Positions 1 to 12,757 of a DNA stretch of 64,000 nt are shown here, piece after piece (the first letter of the stretch is position 1; each line of letters starts with the position of its first letter). Both the position numbers and the translations under genes were made by a program. Origin of the DNA: Podarcis liolepis (Eukaryota). Under the pieces are notes generated by a model, which did not search any database, was not told the origin of the DNA, and saw nothing but the letters and a program-made list of their open reading frames with translations. Where the stretch lies: assembly GCA_965112155.1 (NCBI GenBank), contig OZ218098.1. One strand, written 5' to 3'.

Positions 1-1628
1 GTCCACACCCAACCCATTAGTTGGCCCTGTAAAATGGCAAGCTTGGAGTTCACAGGATTAGAGATGTTGGGGGTACTTTTCTCCGCCTTCCCAGAACCTG
101 TGGCTTCCTGTCACAAGACAGTTAGAGGGAAGCTGGCAAGGTGAGTTTTGTAAATGCACAATAGGCTACTGTTTAAAATTGAATAAAAGAAGGACTGTGC
201 TATGGTTTAAAATCGACAAAGTGAGCACTAAAATCTGCATGTGAATTATCAGTGCCCGTGGCCCAGCCAGATCCTGTGAACTGGATTCCACATCTGTCAC
301 AGATGGCTGGAAATGGTGAACTGAAGTGCTTGACACTATTATGAGGAGCTGACGAATGTGTTGGTCAGAGTTCATCATCCTACGTAAGTTACAGGATCAG
401 TCAGCATATAGGAAGTGTTCAGTCTGATAACATATAAACTTAGTTAGAATTTTGGAACAACACAGCAGTTGGGAACATTGATTTTTCTGTTTAGCTGAGA
501 CATGGAGAGGCTTTCACCAAGAACACTAACAAGTGACCGGCTATGGGAGGAGCAAGAGCCTTTTGCCTTCTAGTATCTCTTGTATAGAATAGTTTAGCAT
601 GGTTAACTTGCTCACTCCTGTTCAAAGTTCCCAGGTTGGAAGGAAAAGCAGCTGGTTTCCATGGGAATCATTGCCTCGGAAATGGAAGGCCCAGGCACTT
701 TAGGACACAAGGCTGCAGGTTCAGCCACTGCACTGTAACATTAATTCCTCATCTTCTTTTAGGATTAGGAGCAAGATCAGGCAGGAGGGAGAAAGTGCTG
801 TCATAGCTGCCCAGTAACACTTTTATGAAGTCCGCAGATTCCCAATTTGTGTGCATGTGTGATTTCCCCCACCCCCAAACACATTGCAAATCTTTGTATT
901 GCTAGCTACTGCACACAGTTAAAAGTGCACTCACAAAGCCCTGCAAGTAAGCCAGTGTAAAATAGCTCTGTTGCTTTCCCTACTTTGTGGGAGCTTCCAG
1001 GACACCTGGAGTACATACATGGCAGCAATGTCTGCTTTGCCTCATTGCCCTCTCCCCTCACCATTTTTTTTCCATTTTCAAATCTCTTACCATTGTGGGC
1101 GATTGGTGGAGCTGCACGCTAGGCCTGACTGCACCCTACGAATTAAGTTTGCATCTTTGGCCAGTTAACTCCGAACTTCCTTCCCCTTCCCTTTTTTTGA
1201 TTGCTGCCATGTGTGCTGTCTGAATTAGGATGGTAGGCATCCAAGCAAGTGGTTGGAATTACTAGAAGACCAGCATCTCAAAGGGCCAAATATGTCCTTC
1301 CATGCTCCTCTTGTAATAGAGGCCAAGAGCTGGTTAGATCGCCATGGCTGCACATTGTTTTCTGTCCTCCTGCAAACTTCCAGTGCTACACCTGCTTGGC
1401 TGCCCCCTTGTCATGTAGCTTCCATGTTAGATATTGGCCACGGTGCTTCTGTTGGGTGGAGCGCTCCATCTCTATTGTATCCTTTGCTTGCCTAATAAAG
1501 CCCATCAGTGTCTTGGTACCCCCTGAATACACTCTGTGCTCTCACCTCTAGCAGTCAGTCGTGTATCTGTAGTGAGAACAGCTTATGGGTGGTGCTGCTT
1601 ATGCTGAAGCTAATTGGATGCCTTGTGG

Positions 1629-1763
1629 TAGGAGTGGGAAACCTGTGGTCCTCCAGATGTTGGACTCCAGTGCCCATTAGCCATAGCCAGCCTGGCCAGT
1701 TTTCAAGGATGATGGGAATTGTGATCCAGCAACATCTGGAAGGCCACCGGTTTTCCACCTTTG
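1629..1763. mobile_element. hAT-type MITE (~135 bp, palindromic family)
   Basis: Long imperfect TIRs (..tggtcctccagatgttg / caacatctggaaggcca..) and 8-bp TSD ccttgtgg/ccttatgg. Confidence 0.75.
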
Positions 1764-2034
1764 CCTTATGGCAAGTCTCTTTGCTGACTCAGCAGAGGTC
1801 TTTGATGGCCAAGTGACCCCTGGTTGTGTGTTCTCCACCAGGGTCTGTATGCAGAGTTTACAGCTTTGCTTTTTGTTGCTGTTATCTTGCATTTTTGTTC
1901 TCATTGATGTTTATTGGGAGCAGGGCTGGGGTTTTTTATTTTTATTTTTACTGTGACATTAATTTACACACCCATGTTTATTTCCTTCTAATGGTACCAA
2001 TCTTGTATTTCACAGTTTGCACTTTTTGTACTTC

Positions 2035-2040
2035 AATAAA
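2035..2040 (+). terminator. Polyadenylation signal of the upstream + strand gene
   Basis: AATAAA with U-rich upstream sequence (TTTTTGTA) and downstream GU-rich element (gttttggtgttttt). Confidence 0.5.
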
Positions 2041-2819
2041 AACCCAAAGCCAATACCAGTTTTGGTGTTTTTCTTCAATTTGCTGTTCTAGAATCAGTCA
2101 ACAAAAGAGACTGATTAGTATCATCCACCTGGTGCCTATACATCAATAGAGTATGTGGTGAAATGCAAATCTAATCCCCTTCAGGGAGGTTATTTGTTCA
2201 TCCTTGAGCTCATCCTTTGCCCAGTGTAGCATTGTCTGGTAGGTGTAAATGGATCATGGGACTTTTCCACCTTTTATTCAGGCTGTACTTTGTTACATTA
2301 CTTGCTTCATAGCTGTCTGTGCTATATACAGTAAACCTGCAACTTGTGCTTGTTTTACTTGTGCAATCACCTTATGCAGATGAGGAATACTGTAAATAGA
2401 GAGCTGGGGAAACCCTACCCTGTGCATATTTATCCCGCACCCCACACACCCAGCAGGGTATTCCTTGTTTAGTGGGCTTGGGGAAGGGAGTGCATAATCT
2501 TGACTTTGAGTGTAGACCCCTGGAACTGAACCCTCATATGGGCCCACTGTATTTAATATAGTATATTCATCTTCAACATAACTAGCACCAAGTTCCTAGT
2601 TTTAAGGTTTATTCAGCTTAAGTTCACCAACCTGAACTCATAGCTGATCATTTCCCAGACAATCATGTTCCCCTAAGTGAAAGCTGGTGAATATCAATCT
2701 TTGCTAGATAATGGGTATGACAAATGTTTTCCCCTGTGTGAAGGGAGGGTGTGCCCCTGCCTTTGACCCCCCCTTTTTACTGGCTTTTGGTTTAAGAATG
2801 GCACTACCACCAACTTCTG

Positions 2820-3340
2820 TGTTGGTAACCTCAAGGCTGGATCATTCCAATGAACTTTCTGTGGCTAGCCCTTGGGCCTGATGCAGAACCTCCAGCTGGT
2901 GCAGATTGTGGTAGCTAGACTGATGGGGAAACATGACTGACAACACTAATTAAAACATCTACACGGGTTGCCTGTGAATACAAGGATGTTGAACTTGGCT
3001 TTGTAAATTAACTACCAACACTAAACAACTTGGGCCTGAGGTTCCTTTGGGACCATCTGAACCAGCTCAACTACTGAGTGCCTCTGTAGGCACATTGCTG
3101 GTCATCCCCCTGGTATGGCTTATTTGACACTAACAAGAAACCAGGTCTTTCATGCCATTGGCCCAATCCTGTGGCATACTCTTCCACTGGAGATTGAATA
3201 GGTATATTCAATAATCACCTTCAAAACATTTTGATGGCATCAGACATATGCATAATAAGAAAAACATTGTCTGGAATATAGGTAGTTGATGACCTGTGAT
3301 TTTAAATGTTTTTTTGTGTGTGTATATAGTATTGCTGTAA
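2820..3340 (+). mobile_element. Degraded L2-clade LINE 3' fragment
   Basis: Decayed translation LVTSRLDH.. and LQLVQ..ARL motifs matching the better preserved copy at 61.7-62.5 kb; boundaries approximate. Confidence 0.6.
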
Positions 3341-3615
3341 ACCACGTTGATTTTAAAAAAAATAATTGCAGTATACAAGTTTCAGTAACTAAAGTAGTTG
3401 AAGGGTTAGCATTTTCCAGCAGCTCCACCACTTATCTCTTTGAAATAAGACTTTTCACTAGGCCTCTGGCTGACAGCTGAAGTAAGTGACATAACATTTT
3501 TATTGGAAAGTATATGAATACATGTTGAAGTAACTCTTGAAAATTAGTTCTAAAGAAATATAATTGAGGACCCTTCTCCTTTTAACCAAAACACTTGTAA
3601 ATTATTAGCTATGTA

Positions 3616-3843
3616 CAATGGTACCTTGGGTTACAGACGCTTCAGGTTACAGACTCCGCTAAGCCAGAAATAGTACCTCGGGTTAAGAACTTTGCTTCAG
3701 GATGAGAACAGAAATCGCGCGGCGGTGGTGCGGCGGCAGCAGCGGGAGGCCCCATTAGCTAAAGTGGTATCTCAAGTTAAGAACAGTTTCAGGTTAAGAA
3801 CGGACCTCCAGAACGAATTAAGTTCTTAACCCGAGTTCCACTG
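3616..3843 (+). mobile_element. Tc1/mariner (Tigger-like) MITE, family A copy 1
   Basis: TIR consensus CAGTGGTACCTCGGGTTA, TA on both flanks, similar to five other copies. Confidence 0.85.
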
Positions 3844-4436
3844 TATTCTCATTTACTGCAATAAAGTACCACATAAGGAGCAGTAAGATATCTTTCTTTG
3901 AAAGTCTGAAAAAAACTGGATCCCTGTTCTACATTAGTAAATTAATATCTTGATCAGGTCTAACTAAGGAATAATGTACTCTTAAACTGAACCAAGTAGC
4001 AAGACTTGGAAAACCACAAAGAAAGCAGTATACAAAACCCAGCAGCGCTGCATATTCCGTGCATAGAGGCACATCTGTATTTATTGGGCCCTTCCATGGC
4101 AGTTCTGTGCAGACATATACTGGTCTGAAGTAACTGGGACAGGCAGCAACTGGCTAACTTCCTTTAACTATTGAAGCATCTTGGCGTGAAGAGGAGAAAC
4201 TATACAGGCATTGTCATCATATGGAGAAACTTCAGGGGGAAGCTGCAAAAAATAGTTATGAGTGATCTAGTAGCTATAATTTGGCTGGTAGGGAGGCAAA
4301 TGTCACTTGATCATTACAGCGGGATCAGCCACTCTGCAAGTAACTAACCAGAGAGCAGGCAGATGTTCCCGTAACAGATTCTCTTGTCAGTACACTAAAG
4401 CCAACTTATGTAGACAAGATTATCTCCATAGCAGTA

Positions 4437-4682
4437 CAGTGGTACCATACCTTGAGTTACAAACGCCTCAGGTTATAAATGATTCAGGTTACAAACTCTG
4501 CTAACATGGAAGAGTTACCTCGAGTTGAGAACTTTGCCCCAGGATGAGAACGGAAACCGTGTGCTGGCGGCGCAGCAGCAGCAAGAGGCACCATTAGCGA
4601 AAGCACGCCTCTAGTTAAGAACAGTTTCAGGTTAAGAACAGACCTCCGGAAAAAATTAAGTTTGTAACTAGAGGTACCACTG
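4437..4682 (+). mobile_element. Tc1/mariner MITE, family A copy 2
   Basis: ta-CAGTGGTACC...GGTACCACTG-ta. Confidence 0.85.
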
Positions 4683-5784
4683 TACTATCATCATCAGCTG
4701 GTCTTGGGAAAACCATTGGTCACCTTGTAGGTCATTATAGGAATATAATTTCATTGTGCTATATTCCAGTATGACTAGAAGGATAAAGAATTCCCAAAGC
4801 ACCTAACAAACCACAGAAGGCCCTGGATCAGACATTATACAGTTTGTGGCATTTTGCAAGAGACTTTTAGGGGTAGTTTTGATATTGATATTACTTCTGC
4901 CAAAGACAACTACCCAGAAGCACTTTTGGCCAGAGACTGGGGTTAGATCATGTTTTTTCATGGACCAGTGTCATGCAAAGGCATTGCCAGTAGCTACTTT
5001 GAATACAAATTGAAATGCCATATTTGAGCACATAAATAAATTCACAATTTTGAGAGTTAGTAATGCAAAACAGCAACATGCTTGAAGGCAAGAAATTGGA
5101 GCTTCAGCTCATTTCTGTCCAGCAGTAGGGGTGAGAAACCTAGAGAGGTTACATGGTTAGATGATGGCTGTTGCCTAAAACAAACAAACCCCCTTCATCA
5201 GGAAGAAATGGAACCATATACTTCAGGAAGTTAACATCTCATTACTTTAATCAGGAAACCATAAATGGTCCTTCATGTCCGCAGTCATAAGAAATAGTTT
5301 ATAAGAGAACAGGTTGCAGGGAATGGTCTTCGGCATTTTACAGTACAATCCTAAGCACATTTCCTCAGAATTAACTTCCACAGAGTTTAATGGGATTTAC
5401 TCGCAAGAAAGTTTGCACAGGATTGCAGTCTCAGCTTGGTTTCTAATGAAAAGGAAGAAATAAGTTGTGCCCAGAGTCTAACTTATCCCTGAGCTGATGC
5501 TTAGTGTTGTTTTTCCTTCCCCATATTTGGTGAAGAACAGAGCAGGCAGATCAAACACATAGCAATGTCAGCCAATCACACTGCTTAATGGCTAAGTCAT
5601 TAGAAAAATAAACTTTTAGCCAATCAAAACCCCATCAATTAAAATAAGTACCACAAACGTCTTTAAAATGTGCTTGTCTGAAAAAGCTACTTTCTAACTA
5701 AGTGCAGACCACAGCGAATGTATAAGCCTGTCAGAGACAATCATTTTAGAAACTTTCTACCAGTGCACTGCATCAACGTGCATT

Positions 5785-5790
5785 TTTATT
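5785..5790 (-). terminator. ATG13: Candidate ATG13 polyadenylation signal (a distal candidate lies at 3499-3504)
   Basis: AATAAA on - strand ~1.1 kb after the stop codon. Confidence 0.45.
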
Positions 5791-6903
5791 TATGACATCC
5801 ACAGACCCAACAGGGCAGAATGGAAATCGAGTCACCAGAAGAGATCACTTTGAAAGCATAACCATGTCTGTTTCTGAAAATAAGTATTATAGTTTACCCT
5901 GCAAACGGGAGTGGGGGAAATGACAGCTGTTTGGAACAACATACTTGCAGTGACAAAGGACAAAGCAGCCTATATGGCTACTTTACAAAGTGAAAGCATC
6001 CACATACATTTTTTTTAAATATAGGTTTCCTTTAGAGTAATAAATATTTCTTATTTTATGATAGAGCAGCAACATTTGAGGGGAATAGAGGAAAGAACTT
6101 TGGACTAAAGACCCCCCCCCAAATTAAATAACCCTAGAGAATTAGGATTCCTAATTCATATTTACAACTGCTGACTGTAAACACAGCCTACAAACTCTGG
6201 ATCTTCTCCAAATGCCACAGACCATGCTTGTGGTCTTGGGGAGGCAATATATTGACACACACCGTGTTGGCAGGTAATATACAAAAAACAATTCTTTTAG
6301 CGTCTGTGGCTTACTTTGAAACTGCACTAGACAATCAGGTCAGGCCCCTCAATTCTTGTTTCCACACAGATGTGCAACATTATGTTTGCTTTGTTTAGGG
6401 CACCACTGGTGAAAAACGGCCCCTTGCCCTTATGCTTTAGCTGCACTTGCTGAAGGCAAGCCGGTGTTTGAACCACGCTAGCAGAATCTACAGTGCTCAC
6501 AAGACAGTTACATTTCGTCAGAGTTATTTCTGCTTGGCGTTACTGCAGATGCAGGGAAAAAGACTGTCCCCAGCAAACCAGATTGTATAGCCCTGTTGAG
6601 GGAGGAAGAAGCATCAGTGTCTCTCAACATATGAGAAAATGGAAGAACGGGCCTTGATCTTGTTTCCTAATGCACTGTATTCAATACGAACCTCACACGG
6701 GTAGGAAAGCAAGTCACACCCTTCCCAAGGACTAGTTCAAAGAGATACAGACCACTGTTTCTGCACCTGACAGAGCAAAGCAATAGTGTCTACGAAATTG
6801 AGGACGGGGACAGAACAAGACACTAAGGGAAGAAAGGCAGAATGCATGGGCTTCCTTTTCCAGGGTGTCTAAAAAGTTCAATGCTGCTGTAGAATAAGCC
6901 GTT

Positions 6904-6981
6904 TTACTGTAAGGTCTCTACAAAGGCATCAAATTCTTTGACATTTTTCTCATGGACAGCCAGTTTATCCGGTAGAGAATC
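6904..6981 (-). CDS. ATG13: ATG13 last coding exon ([25 protein letters not shown]), ULK1-binding C-terminus
   Basis: 78 nt, AG acceptor, TAA stop; matches the vertebrate ATG13 C-terminus. Confidence 0.97.
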   Translation of the reverse strand, partial: DSLPDKLAVHEKNVKEFDAFVETLQ

Positions 6982-7050
6982 CTGTGAAGACAAAGAAAAA
7001 TTATCAGTAGCTACATTAGCCAGTTCTTTTTTCTTTCACATAAAACACAG

Positions 7051-7180
7051 CAGGTGTGGGGGCCCTCCAGATGTCGTTGAACACCAACTCCCATCAGCAC
7101 CAGCCAACATGGTCAATGGTAAGGGATGATGGGCATGGTAGTCCAAGAGCATTTGAGGGACCACAGGCTCCTCACCCCTG
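7051..7180. mobile_element. hAT-type MITE, same family as 1629-1763
   Basis: cagg..cctg ends, 8-bp TSD aaacacag/agacacag. Further degraded copies near 47870-48005, 48092-48232, 51870-51995 and 61000-61080. Confidence 0.7.
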
Positions 7181-8252
7181 AGACACAGGAATAAAAGAGG
7201 TAGTTCAAAAAACATAAAACATAAGAGCAGAGTAAGGCATAATTAATAATAATAATGCTTTATCTGAAGACAGATTTGATTCAATAGATTCAGCACAACA
7301 TTACTATCAAACTATGAAATGCTCTCAAGATCTCCCAACCTGTATGCACAGCTACCCTGGAAAGGAGTAAAATGCTGTAAACAGCATCTATCCACGTCCA
7401 TGGCTTGTTTGTAGGTGCATGAGATTGTGGCCTCTGAAATTTGCTGGAGCAGCTTTAGCACAATTACACTTGTCAGCCTGCTGCTAACAGATGGCAACTT
7501 GCAGGGATTTTCTTTAAAAACCTTTTGTACATTTTACAGAGTTTCAGAGGCAAAAACAAACATGTCATTAACCATGAAGAGCATATGATCTACAATAAAG
7601 CAGAGAAAACAAAAGGGAGGGAGAGAAGAGTGTGAGCAAATGCAGTCAGACTTGCTCGGCTACAGTTGGGAATGAAGACTGAAGAGTTAAGACAAAGACC
7701 TCATGGGAAAGTTATGCTCAAGGGGCAAGGGGAGCACTGTGCTTAAGGAATCAGTTCTGCACATAGGAGAAAATATGAAGTTGTGACTGAGTGCAGGATA
7801 CTGTCTGAGGGAGCTAAGGATGATACAATTCTGAGGATGTAGGGAAGCAGGGAAACGAGAACCAGTGTCAGAAAACACCTTGGATCATCTTGTAACAACA
7901 TATTTATGTGGTACTTCAAAATGTTACTTCTTCATATACTGTGCTTTATTATCTCAAGGAACCCTACAAAACCCCTGTAAGGCATGTCAAAATGATTATT
8001 CCAATACATTGTGTGGGTGGTCACTGGGGCGGTCTAAGGTGATGAGAAAGTGGCCTGCCTAAGGCCATGTATTTTTATAGCACTTACAAAAGATTTGAAC
8101 TTGGCGCTTTGGCACTTTTGAGTTCACAGCACAATTATCTAACACATTAAATAATGAATGACCTGTTTGATCAGTCCTCTCAAATAAGGCATATTTGGTT
8201 TATATATGGCAGGGAGCAATGCCCCTCAAACTGAAATCCCATTTTTGCATAC

Positions 8253-8381
8253 CAGATCTTCTGCCATGGACTGAGCCCCAATGTCAATGGAGAGGCTGCT
8301 GAGCTGAGGAGGATTCTGAAATTCACGGTAGAATGTTCCAAGGTCTATTGGGAGAATGTCATCCTTAGAAAATGCCGGTTT
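8253..8381 (-). CDS. ATG13: ATG13 coding exon 16 ([43 protein letters not shown])
   Basis: 129 nt, AG/GT, phase 0-0. Confidence 0.97.
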
Positions 8382-8599
8382 CTAGAATTAAATGGACAAA
8401 TATCAGTCAGCTGTACATTGATAACACAACAGTGCTCTGTTCAATCATCATCTGATAATGTATTTAACTGCTATCAACGAAATGCATTCCATTGTTTCAC
8501 CCAACAACAGCACAATGTATGACATATAGTAGAACATGTTTTCATCTTTCTCCTATCAAAACTGGTCATCTGGCTATTCTCTGGACTGCAGGTGAACCT

Positions 8600-8710
8600 G
8601 TAGTCTGTAATGTTATATTGCTTTTACTATTTTTGTTGGGAGCCGCCCAGAGTGGCTGGGGCAACCCAGTCAAATAAGCAGCATATAAATAATAAATTGT
8701 TATTATTATA
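8600..8710 (+). mobile_element. Retroelement 3' tail (LINE/SINE end with TTA-rich tail)
   Basis: gggagccgcccagagtggctggggcaacccag...ataaataataaattgttattatta, a common squamate retroposon 3' end. Confidence 0.55.
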
Positions 8711-9153
8711 ACCTGTGTGGTAGACCACCTTCTTAGATACTGCTCTTTGCTCATGTCACCCTATAATCTGAGTAATGTAGAGAATTTGCTGAGATTGATT
8801 TGGGGTGAGAGTTTGTGAAAAGGGCCACTTTTGGACAGAAGGCTGCACCAAATAGCCTTTGAGTTCTAGTCCTATGAGTAAAACTCATCATGGGTTCTTA
8901 AGAATAAAAGTTTCAGGTCTCTCAAAAGGGTCCAGTATGCTGGAATTCCTGCAAGCTCAGTCTCTCAATATTTTGGGAGGCCACATCAGTACACTTCTGC
9001 TTTTTAATGAAATAATATCCAGAGCCATTTGCCCCACATTGGTTCTGTGAAGATGCCTTTTCCTAAGGAATTTCATATCTTTTAGCATTTCAGTTCTCCT
9101 TCAGACATTGAGGCGAAGGTTGTATGTGTATGTAAAGGGCTGCATCAACTTAC

Positions 9154-9270
9154 AAAGTCAACCATAACAAAATCGTCATGGATGTTCCCATTGCTGCTGC
9201 CACTGGAGCCCACTGAGTGTAGGCTGCCCTGGAGGGGAGACTCTATTTCTGGAGAGTCAGGAGGATTCAC
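9154..9270 (-). CDS. ATG13: ATG13 coding exon 15 ([39 protein letters not shown]), contains the LIR motif DDFVMV
   Basis: 117 nt, AG/GT, phase 0-0. Confidence 0.97.
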
Positions 9271-9449
9271 CTGTTGAAGAAATCCAAGTGTCAGACCAAC
9301 ATACCCAAACACTGGCATGAGGGAATTAAATGGATGCTAAAAGTTACGTTTTTCAGTCAGAAAACAGAAGCATGCTAATGGCTGGGTTAGGAAATTCCGA
9401 CCCACTCAAATCTGAGAAGGCAGGACTGAGCAAGACTGGCATTTCTTAC

Positions 9450-9527
9450 CATGGGGTCATTATCTTCTGGCTCAATATTCTTGGGAGCAAACATAGCAAA
9501 AGGAATGTCCAAACTGGCCATGGTCAC
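9450..9527 (-). CDS. ATG13: ATG13 coding exon 14 ([26 protein letters not shown])
   Basis: 78 nt, AG/GT. Confidence 0.96.
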
Positions 9528-9844
9528 CTAGAAAGGATCAAAAGATAGAATCCCAAATGTTCAGTCAAATGCCGCTCCTCTTACCCAGCATGCAACACAG
9601 AACTGTGAATCTTCAAACTATGATCAACTAATGCTCAAAGAAGAAAGAAATAGAAAGGCTGCTGTTGTTTTCTGCCTCCTGTGTCAAGGGAGAGGATGTT
9701 CCTTGAGTTTTTTCTTTCCTAAAGAACAGCACATCATAGAATTTCAGAGCTGGAAAAGACCTCGTCCAACCCCTTGCTCAATGCAAGACTTGCAACCACC
9801 ATATTTATGACACAAAGTCTCCAAGAGCAATGAACTTAAATTAC

Positions 9845-9962
9845 CTGGTTGATAGGTTTATTGACAAAGGCTCCCACCTTCCGGACAAATATTGTCTCCC
9901 AGAGATCATGTGGGGACCCACTCTTTCCTTCACTGCTGTTAGATACAGTTTCTGTGTCCTCA
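9845..9962 (-). CDS. ATG13: ATG13 coding exon 13 ([39 protein letters not shown])
   Basis: 118 nt, phase 2-0; lies inside ORF 9836..10048. Confidence 0.97.
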
Positions 9963-11975
9963 CTGAGAGAGAAAAGAGAAGGGGTATTAATTGATTTCCT
10001 TTTGTTTTTCTTGCTCTGCACGAACTCTGGAATGAAGCACTGGTACATGAGAGTGTATTATTTGTTTACCCATATGTGGTACTGCAGGTACAAAAGGCAG
10101 TATTCTACACACAAAGGACAATGCATAATGTGTAAAAAGTATCAGCAAAGTTCATGGTGAATCAAAGTTATCTCAGTAGTCATCCCAAATAAAACTGAAA
10201 AGGCCCTCTCCTGGGTACCCACTTGCTGTATTTCAGATAGTGGTGAAGGTGGTGGTCCCAAAGGAAGGTCTCCAAAGTGGAGTAGAAATCCTGGACAGAC
10301 TCATTTGCAGGCTGTGTGTGTCTTAACATATTGTGGTCCCAAGATTTTAAATATTGAAGCCAACACTTTGAATTGAGCCTGAGAACAAACTGGTAACCAG
10401 TGAAGTTGGTGGAGGATTTGCGTAATACAATTTGAACAGAACACGCCCAGCCACATTCTGGATAAAAGACTACAAAACTGTTCCCACAGAATATTTCACT
10501 ACTCTTTTCTCTTTCTTTGTGCAAAACAGAATTTTCCTTAATGGATTTTGTTTTCTTAATATTTTCATGGGTTTCTCCCCACTTCAAGTTGTGGTTTGTA
10601 TGTTGAATTAATATCCACACCATAAATGTCTTCAAAAGGCAATGTCATTCCAGGCCTCTGGAGGCTCCTGATCATATCCCTCATGGATGCAGGTACAGGT
10701 GTGGAGAGGGAGATTACAGCCATATGAACAGGGGCACTACCCAGAGATTATGGAATACACGTGAACAGGCCCTAGACCAAATAGTGCCCCCTACACCTGT
10801 TCAGCTTTTGAAAGCCCTGTTTTTTATTGCATTTGTATCCCATTTCATGACTTTGAGGTGTAGTATGCATGGATGATTTATTCCTGTCAAATATGGTGAT
10901 TAATTGGCACATGTGGATCTGTCAATCTGTATATATTGATACCACACATAAACATAAAAAACACTAAATTGGCTTCTTCTAAGCTTGTGGGAGCTTCCTA
11001 ACATTAATTGAAATGTACTAACATCAAGAAATTGAACTGTACAGCAGTGCTGGCTGGAGCAGTATTAAATAGTGTTACAGCTTTACAAGTGAGGATGTAG
11101 TGTTTGTATGTTTATTTAAGTTTATTTAAGGGGACAGACAGTGGGCAATTTGAGACTAGCATCCCAGGCGCTTGTCTAAATTACATCCTCAGGAAAAATA
11201 GAAATGTTAAGTTTGCCAAAGCTACCAGTATTAAACTGCAAATGTGAGTGTTGGTACTGTCCTCAACTCTAAAGGGCAAGGTTTGTGCTTAACCCTAACA
11301 GAAGCTCAGCAGGAATTGGTGCTTGAGGTATTCTTGTTAGAAGCTACAACTATGCTTTAGTACCTGCACTCAGTCATTTTACAGAAATGAAACCAAAACT
11401 ACTTTATTATTACTAATGAAGAGTCTAGTATGTGGAACTAATGAAATGTCACAAGGTGGAAATAGTGGCATTAAAAGTAGCTGGATCAGACAGATGTAGA
11501 TCTTACCAAGAGTACAGCTCCAGTTCTTACATTTTTAGCTGCTACTGAAATTTGTAAAGTTTCCAAAGTCCAAAACAATGCTGAACTTTAGGTGCTGATC
11601 CATCAAGAATAGTGAAAGTTACTGTAATTACTGAATACTAAATAACTGAACTAAATAATGTTGATTTTATGTGTGTAGATGCATTTTACTATGAAAACAT
11701 TCTATCAAACAGCTGTTGGATTTGGAAAATTACTGTCCTATCTTCCTACAGGGCTGTAGTTACTGCAAATGTAGGAGAACCCTACTTTCTCTGCACTTTC
11801 ACTTTGGGGGGAAATAAAGGGAGGAAAAAGAATCTGAATTAGGGAAAGTTAAAATCCTCTAATGATCTTCCTAACTGCCTCTTTCCAAAAAGCTGCTTAT
11901 AGTCTAGCAAATGAATTATTATTTTTAAAACCTGTAGTAAGACTATGAATCACCACAAAGAGATGGAAAACTTAC

Positions 11976-12115
11976 CTGCTAGCTGGAGTAACTGCAGAGT
12001 AGTGACCCCCATCCAAAGGGGTGCATGTTGCCATTCTCTCATGATCAGCCTGAGTGCCATGAACTGGTTGGCTAGGAATCAAGGGCACTCCTCCATCCTT
12101 CCCTGGAACCATCAA
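11976..12115 (-). CDS. ATG13: ATG13 coding exon 12 ([46 protein letters not shown])
   Basis: 140 nt, phase 0-2, AG/GTAAG. Confidence 0.95.
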
Positions 12116-12646
12116 CTGGAGGAGAAAGGGATAAGAAAATTAGATATTTTAGTATTCATTTAAAAAAGCTCTAGGCTCTTTTATTTTCAAGTGTATGGTT
12201 GCCTGACTCTCAATGATAGGTAGCTGACAGCTGGTTACATGTTATACTCATGATATGAGAAACAGCCTGGTTCTGCCTGAAGGCTTCCTACCAACAGGTA
12301 AAGAGAGCTGGAGAGGATCTCAGTCACTTACAATGAAGTTAAGACAGGGAGCACCAGAAGAAATTATCAACTAAGGAGAGTGATAACCAGACATGACAAA
12401 GAAAGCTGGGCATTGGCCCCCCATTCCCAGCACTTGACTATGATATCCTCCAGTTTTCTTTGCTTTATGGCAGAAAGCCTTCAAATTTCTTAACAGGCAA
12501 AGCAACGCTGCTTCTCATGTTGCTCAGCTCTGACTGTACCCTACAAGTAAAATAATGGGGTAAGAATGGATAGAGAAATATGTCAACAGTTAAGGAACAG
12601 AGTTAGCTATGAGACATATAAAATGGTCTCAAACCTCTAAGAATAC

Positions 12647-12757
12647 CTGGTGAGGATGTGCAGCACTCAAGCCGCCAGCAAAGACTACTGGGTAGGCCAG
12701 GTCAGCTGATCCAACTCCCAGGGCTGTAGGCTGATAAGAAAGACGAGAGCTGGAGAG
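12647..12757 (-). CDS. ATG13: ATG13 coding exon 11 ([37 protein letters not shown])
   Basis: 111 nt, phase 0-0. Confidence 0.95.

Larger units (their letters stand above)
1..2060 (+). other. Probable 3' end/3' UTR of a convergent upstream gene (ARHGAP1 expected from vertebrate synteny)
   Basis: AATAAA at 2035-2040 followed by a GT/T-rich tract. No ARHGAP1 coding sequence recognised; the identity rests only on recalled gene order (ARHGAP1 tail-to-tail with ATG13). Confidence 0.4.

Noticed and set aside
10180-10635. 151-aa intronic ORF in ATG13 sense
   Set aside because: Non-ATG start, overlaps decayed LINE-like sequence, and ATG13 is complete without it.
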